A stretch of 53,523 nucleotides of DNA, taken from a virus (taxonomy: Duplodnaviria > Caudoviricetes). The notes under the pieces were generated by a model, which was not told the DNA's origin, made no database searches, and worked only from the letters and a program-made list of their open reading frames with translations. The stretch is taken from IMG/VR virus record IMGVR_UViG_3300029319_000067, positions 1 through 53,523 of that record, one strand, 5' to 3'. Below, piece after piece: positions 48,824 through 53,523 of the stretch; positions within the stretch are counted from its first letter, which is position 1, and every line of letters begins with the position of its first letter. The translations under genes and the position numbers were made by a program.

Positions 48824-50083
48824 CTTCAAATATGTCTCGTGGTTCTTGCATGGCATAAATCTGCCATTTGGCATTTGATGTGCGCCTACGCATCCCAAAG
48901 CGGTCGCAGCATCTTCTGCGGCGAAGTAATCGTCATATGACTTAACTGATGTTTGACCCGATGGGCTGTAGTATCTTTTCTTTGAGTTCTTGGCTGGACC
49001 TACAAGTCGCTCCACGAACTGACCGAATGAACGCTTTGTGTACGGTTTTGTCGCCATATAAAGTCTCAGCGCCTGTTGAAACTTGATGTTGCTGCGAAAG
49101 GCTTCAAAGAACCTAATCTTGAAGTACAAAAGCTCTAAGGTTTTGGAGTTTGTTTTCCGAATGGCAGGTAACGTCTCAAGAGTGATCTGTTCACGGGTGA
49201 TTGTTGTTGTCTCATACTTTGTGCATGGCTTGTTGACATATTTTAAATAACTGAGTGTAGGCTCAGAGATGGCAATGGAGTTGTAAAATCCCGCCAAGTA
49301 CTGAACAAAAAGATTATACGATACGTCAGGCACTTTGTCAAAGTATCTTTGGAAGATTCCCTCTGTGCCGATGTTTATACCAGTGTCTTGACTTGCAAAA
49401 ATCTGCATTGCTGGTGAGTCGATGTTTGCGACCATGCTCCATGGAGAGTTGCGATTAACAAAGAACCCATATTTTTCTGCCAACAAAAGGTAGCGTTTGA
49501 AGCCAGGGTCATTAACGAAGTCCAACTTCAGTTGAAAGTTATTTTTTTCGCCTTTGACAAACTCTACAGCCAGACCACTGGCGAGTGGATTGTTGTTAGT
49601 CTCAATAAACCCTGCGAAAGTAAAAGGGAAGTTGTATTGTTCTGCTGCAATAAACTGTTCAAAAACTTTTAAAAACGTATCAAACGTTGTGATGTCTCTA
49701 TTTTTATAAATCTTTGAGGTCATCTTTTGGAACTGTTCTGTCATGAACTCATCGAACTTGGTGTATGGTGATTCATATGACGCAGCAACTTTAGCACTAG
49801 CAAAGAGCGAGTCAGACTCCCACAAACCTGCGGTAATCCTTTCTTTTATTTCTTTAATCATCTCTCCATAAGCGAGTGCCACGAAGGACAGTGCTTGTTC
49901 TTTACCCCTGTTATCAAGAGGGGCAATCTTATTCTCTCTAGTTGAGATTAGATCGTTAGAGCTATCCACAACACCATAAAGATTTTGTGTATCAAAGTCG
50001 ATAAAGTTTTGGTTAAAAAAGTCTGGAGAGAGAACAAACTCGTCATAAAGAGACTTTAGCTTGTATGCTGATTTGGCAGACAT
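48809..50083 (-). CDS. Hypothetical protein with C-terminal DUF3721-like Cys/His motif
   Basis: ALGCVGAHQMPNGRFMPC..H. Confidence 0.6.
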   Translation of the reverse strand: MSAKSAYKLKSLYDEFVLSPDFFNQNFIDFDTQNLYGVVDSSNDLISTRENKIAPLDNRGKEQALSFVALAYGEMIKEIKERITAGLWESDSLFASAKVAASYESPYTKFDEFMTEQFQKMTSKIYKNRDITTFDTFLKVFEQFIAAEQYNFPFTFAGFIETNNNPLASGLAVEFVKGEKNNFQLKLDFVNDPGFKRYLLLAEKYGFFVNRNSPWSMVANIDSPAMQIFASQDTGINIGTEGIFQRYFDKVPDVSYNLFVQYLAGFYNSIAISEPTLSYLKYVNKPCTKYETTTITREQITLETLPAIRKTNSKTLELLYFKIRFFEAFRSNIKFQQALRLYMATKPYTKRSFGQFVERLVGPAKNSKKRYYSPSGQTSVKSYDDYFAAEDAATALGCVGAHQMPNGRFMPCKNHETYLKLTSL

Positions 50084-50086
50084 TTA

Positions 50087-52861
50087 TTAATACCCTCCAC
50101 TCGTCAATGGTTGCGTAGGCTGACTAGCATTAACAGCGTCTTGGTTAGCTGATACTAGGTCTTTACGTAACTTCTTCTCATTTTCTATAAGAGCATCAGT
50201 ATCCTTTCGCAATGTCCTGATCTCTTCTATGATTTTTTTCAGATCCTCGGGCATATTATCGGCGCGGAACAGATTGTAAACAGATGCGAAGTCGCCAAAG
50301 GCACGAGAAACTTTGGGTGGCTTATAACCTTCGCTTGCGATTAGTTCACGCTCTCTGTCATTAAATCTTCTTACCAGCGATTGCATTTTAGCTTCCAGGG
50401 CTTTTATTTCAGAACGATTTTTATCTAGTTTTGATTGTGCCCTTTTGCGTGCGGCGTTTGGATCAACGATGCGGGCTTTTTCGATTCTTTTTAAGCGGTT
50501 TGGATCGAGCTTGACAACTGCACTAACAGAAGTTTCAAAACGGGCTTTATCGGCAGACAGTGTGATATTCGTCTCTGTTGTTTTGTAGTAACCTGAATAT
50601 CCGAATAAATCTTCTTCCTCGTTGTTAAAGCCAAAAAATGCAGGTGCAAAATAAAAGTCAGTGACGTAAGGCGTTATGTTTAAAACATCATAAACAGTGA
50701 AGCCAACACTGTGTGCTTTAAGTTGGACGCCTTCACCCTTAGTGTTTAGCGCGGCTTGAGTTTCTAAGTGTTTGTTTTCAACCGTTGCAAACGCAAATGG
50801 CGAGCCGTTTTGATATCCTAATCTAAATTTAACAGATTCCCTACCGCTGTCCCTACTTTTTAAAACATCATACCAGTTTACGTTAACGATACCTAGTGAC
50901 GTTCTTTGTCCGGCTGTCAAATTCTTAACAACCACGGGGTCAAAGTTTTCTTGAGAGAATGTGGGCGAGTCATTTCGACTGAATAACAGGAGTGGTGTGG
51001 TGTCAGCAGAACCAACTCTGAGGATTCTTTCAGATAAGATTTTGGATGGGATCTTTTTAACTCTTAACTTGCCAAATGATTCAGGAACAATTTCTAAAGA
51101 CACCTCTGGAGCGCGACCGATTTCACCCAAGGAAAAAGTGGCATCTGTTTTATTGTATACTCCGCGAGAACTTTCAAACTCAGTTATGTCACCGATTGCG
51201 GCAAAGTTTGCCTTTATACCACGAGATTGCTTTTGTGATGGAACACCGAAATATCCAATGCCATTTTGGTCTAGGACTCTGCCGACTTGTGCTGCGTTTG
51301 AGTATGGCTTTGCACCTGCTGGCAGATTACGGCTATCAGCGTTATTAAAACTATTAAACCATCCAGCAGAGACGCCCTCATTTATACACTTTCGCAAGAC
51401 CTTGGGAACTAAAGTTTCAAAATATTCAACACACAAATCTGTGAAGCTGATTGCGTTCTTTTTAGAACGTAACTCACGGTAAAAGTCTAAAAAGGCGTTC
51501 ACGTCCACAACCATGGTCTCATAAGTTGCTCTAACATCAAGTCCTGGCTGGTCTAAATCTTTACCAAGTTCGTTTCTCACTGATGATTCTTCGATTCCGA
51601 TGAGCATATTGTCATATATGTCATTTGCAAATAAAACATTCTCCAAGTCTTGAATCGTGTTTGACTGCGTGAAAGGTGAGTATTTCTGTGAAAACACCTG
51701 CAATGTCGCAATCAATAAAGAACGAAACAGAAAGAAACTATTTTCTACTTCCAAGTTAATGCCCGAAACGGCTGGACTAGTAGTGATGCGACCAGATTCA
51801 ACCCTCAACAGCCTGTTGGGAGGTGCGCCTGCTCCAAAGACTACATTAGCGTCCCGAGTGACAGTATAGCCCTGATAGCCAAATATAGAGTTGTTTTTTT
51901 CCATCCTTGTTATAATGGCGTCAAACAAGTTTAATGGACCGGCTTGCCCTTCGGGTGCTTGGGACGGATCGTCTAGCGCAAAGGTGGTTATCTTTTTTTC
52001 GCTAGAGTTAATTTTATTTCTTGTCTCGACTGAACGTAGGTAAGTTATTCTAAACTTTGCAACGTTTGTAACAGGGTTCCATTCGACAAGTTCTTGTTTA
52101 AGCGTAGAGCATTTAAGAGATAACGATTGACCATGAAGTGCTGCACAGCTACCCTGGTACTTTTTTGGAATCTTTTGATTATCTGGTTTTAGGTTCCTTA
52201 GTTCTATTGTGTACTCTTTGCCCGTGCCAAAGACATATCCAAGACCATCAGGGTTGTTGGCAATCGCAGCCAAAACACTTTCACGGCTTGTTTTTCTTGC
52301 CTGCTGAGGAAACTTGTATGTAAGTTGGAAGCTTCCTTGATATATTGGTGTAGTACCTGCGTTTACTGACTTGCCTGTTGTCACTGAAGCATCGAAACTA
52401 TCCAGAGCGACAAAGCCCTTGCCTCCTGGGTCTCTAACAAGAGTCTGATTAGATGCGAGTAATCGACTATCAGGATCGAGAATACGAACTAGTGGGATTA
52501 CTCTGTATGATGGAGGACATTTAACCGAGGCATTGATGTCCTCTGTCTTCTTTTTTATCAACTTTTGACTTCTACCTTTGAAGGGGATAATCGGATCTTT
52601 GCCACCGTTTTTTGCCTTGACACCTTGCGTGGCATAAGTGAATAGTTTTTTAAGGTCGGCTTGTGCCTCGGCTGATGTGTCTGACTGTTCTAAAACATAC
52701 TTTCTCAACGCTGCGAAGCGAGCAGAAGCGTCTTTGCCTAGATACCCACCATAACGTATAATATAGTTTAAAAAACCAAGGTCACTTTGTGTCGCGCCTT
52801 TGGTAAATGGTTGGTCGGTATCCTTACCTTTGAGCCGATATGAGAACTCAATATCTGCCAT
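50087..52861 (-). CDS. Large probable baseplate hub/tail protein
   Basis: Follows LysM-like gene; GYYKTTETNITLS...FETSVSA resembles hub C-terminal strands; C-terminal coiled coil. Confidence 0.5.
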   Translation of the reverse strand: MADIEFSYRLKGKDTDQPFTKGATQSDLGFLNYIIRYGGYLGKDASARFAALRKYVLEQSDTSAEAQADLKKLFTYATQGVKAKNGGKDPIIPFKGRSQKLIKKKTEDINASVKCPPSYRVIPLVRILDPDSRLLASNQTLVRDPGGKGFVALDSFDASVTTGKSVNAGTTPIYQGSFQLTYKFPQQARKTSRESVLAAIANNPDGLGYVFGTGKEYTIELRNLKPDNQKIPKKYQGSCAALHGQSLSLKCSTLKQELVEWNPVTNVAKFRITYLRSVETRNKINSSEKKITTFALDDPSQAPEGQAGPLNLFDAIITRMEKNNSIFGYQGYTVTRDANVVFGAGAPPNRLLRVESGRITTSPAVSGINLEVENSFFLFRSLLIATLQVFSQKYSPFTQSNTIQDLENVLFANDIYDNMLIGIEESSVRNELGKDLDQPGLDVRATYETMVVDVNAFLDFYRELRSKKNAISFTDLCVEYFETLVPKVLRKCINEGVSAGWFNSFNNADSRNLPAGAKPYSNAAQVGRVLDQNGIGYFGVPSQKQSRGIKANFAAIGDITEFESSRGVYNKTDATFSLGEIGRAPEVSLEIVPESFGKLRVKKIPSKILSERILRVGSADTTPLLLFSRNDSPTFSQENFDPVVVKNLTAGQRTSLGIVNVNWYDVLKSRDSGRESVKFRLGYQNGSPFAFATVENKHLETQAALNTKGEGVQLKAHSVGFTVYDVLNITPYVTDFYFAPAFFGFNNEEEDLFGYSGYYKTTETNITLSADKARFETSVSAVVKLDPNRLKRIEKARIVDPNAARKRAQSKLDKNRSEIKALEAKMQSLVRRFNDRERELIASEGYKPPKVSRAFGDFASVYNLFRADNMPEDLKKIIEEIRTLRKDTDALIENEKKLRKDLVSANQDAVNASQPTQPLTSGGY

Positions 52862-53199
52862 TACAATCCTAGCTCCGCAATCAAAGTGTCCACTGGTGTT
52901 AAGATTGTAACGTTAGTACCCTCTTTTAGATCGGCTTCGCTGCCGATGTTATTAATAAGGGCGATTACCCACCAGTAGGATGGATTTTGATAATATTTTT
53001 GTGCCAGACCCATTAAGGTGTCGGTCCTGCTGTAAGCAACTTGAAAAACCTCCAACTCTGAAAAAGAATCGGCGTCTAGTGTACGGAGTTTTTGCCCGTC
53101 AAAGAATATCAGTTCCAAGGGACGTTTTGTTTTTTTGTCTAGCTTAAAAGATATTTTACCTCTCAAAGACTCAGTGTTTCTGTATCTGGAAATCGCCAT
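52861..53199 (-). CDS. LysM-like baseplate wedge protein (gp53/tail X-like)
   Basis: DTLMGLAQKYYQNPSYWWVIALINNI...LKEGTNVTI. Confidence 0.8.
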   Translation of the reverse strand: MAISRYRNTESLRGKISFKLDKKTKRPLELIFFDGQKLRTLDADSFSELEVFQVAYSRTDTLMGLAQKYYQNPSYWWVIALINNIGSEADLKEGTNVTILTPVDTLIAELGL

Positions 53200-53205
53200 T
53201 GATTA

Positions 53206-53523
53206 TTACCTCTTTTTCTTTGCGCCAGGGAGTGGTTTTGCGTTTTTAGTTTTTTGTTCTTTTCGGATCCTAGACTGTCCACTGTAATCAGGTCCACGAC
53301 TGACTGGTCCTTTTGCCTCACTTGACTTTGCTTGTTCGGCTACATTGGCTGGGAAAGGTGCTGCCTCGTTTGCTGTGGTTGAAGCTGCGGCTGGAGTGTT
53401 TGGTGCAGATGGCGCTCTCTCAAGTTCTTGTAAAAGCTTGTCTACAGTAAACTCTATGGACACTCTCATGACCTTTGGGTAACCGTTAATAAAGCCTGTG
53501 TCTAAGTCGTGCGTTTCGGAAAC
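53206..53523 (-). CDS. C-terminal part of probable tail-tube-initiator/baseplate protein (5' end outside window)
   Basis: Frame open to the right edge; YPKVMRVSIEFTV; position before the LysM-like gene. Confidence 0.45.
   Translation of the reverse strand, partial: VSETHDLDTGFINGYPKVMRVSIEFTVDKLLQELERAPSAPNTPAAASTTANEAAPFPANVAEQAKSSEAKGPVSRGPDYSGQSRIRKEQKTKNAKPLPGAKKKR

Noticed and set aside
1134-52323. Many plus-strand ORFs in the track (for example 1134..1514, 8778..9239, 44909..45385, 50961..51482)
   Set aside because: Antisense shadows of well-supported minus-strand genes, with no RBS or motifs; only 5533..5817 is supported
1-53523. Stop-codon reassignment as in some large phages
   Set aside because: Core genes are full length in the standard code, and TAA, TAG and TGA all end genes

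Overview
Fragment of a large tailed dsDNA phage genome (myovirus-like, standard genetic code). Nearly all genes are on the minus strand. Reading right to left: (1) end of a tail/baseplate module; (2) replication and nucleotide metabolism (PolA-type core, gp32-like SSB, RecA, deaminase, 5'-3' exonuclease, DnaB-type helicase, class II RNR, glutaredoxin, GroES-like, acyl-CoA thioesterase, ThyX, lytic transglycosylase, UDP-glucose dehydrogenase cluster, DnaE, thioredoxin, IMPDH/GMP reductase); (3) a block of putative internal head proteins; (4) GroEL, UvsE, Hsp20; (5) an accessory early region with a MoxR/VWA pair, two CCHC zinc-knuckle paralogues and about 20 tiny 'K(R/K)GDLV' KOW/SH3-like genes, nine of them in one tandem run. 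Main observations: (i) late-motif (ACTATTTA) genes whose products share amphipathic leaders ending in L-x-E and carry toxin-like cargo (ADP-ribosyltransferase, zeta-like kinase, RNase-like, nuclease), suggesting a capsid-packaged, protease-released effector arsenal; (ii) the expanded KOW/SH3 mini-gene array with conserved junctions; (iii) a helically phased TGTWAAG-N3-TGTAAAG box at mostly 16-bp-spacer promoters; (iv) a candidate anti-Shine-Dalgarno sRNA complementary to early leaders; (v) promoters whose upstream sequence pairs with the downstream RBS. No tRNA, CRISPR, intein or transposase was seen. All family assignments come from motif recognition by eye, not database searches.
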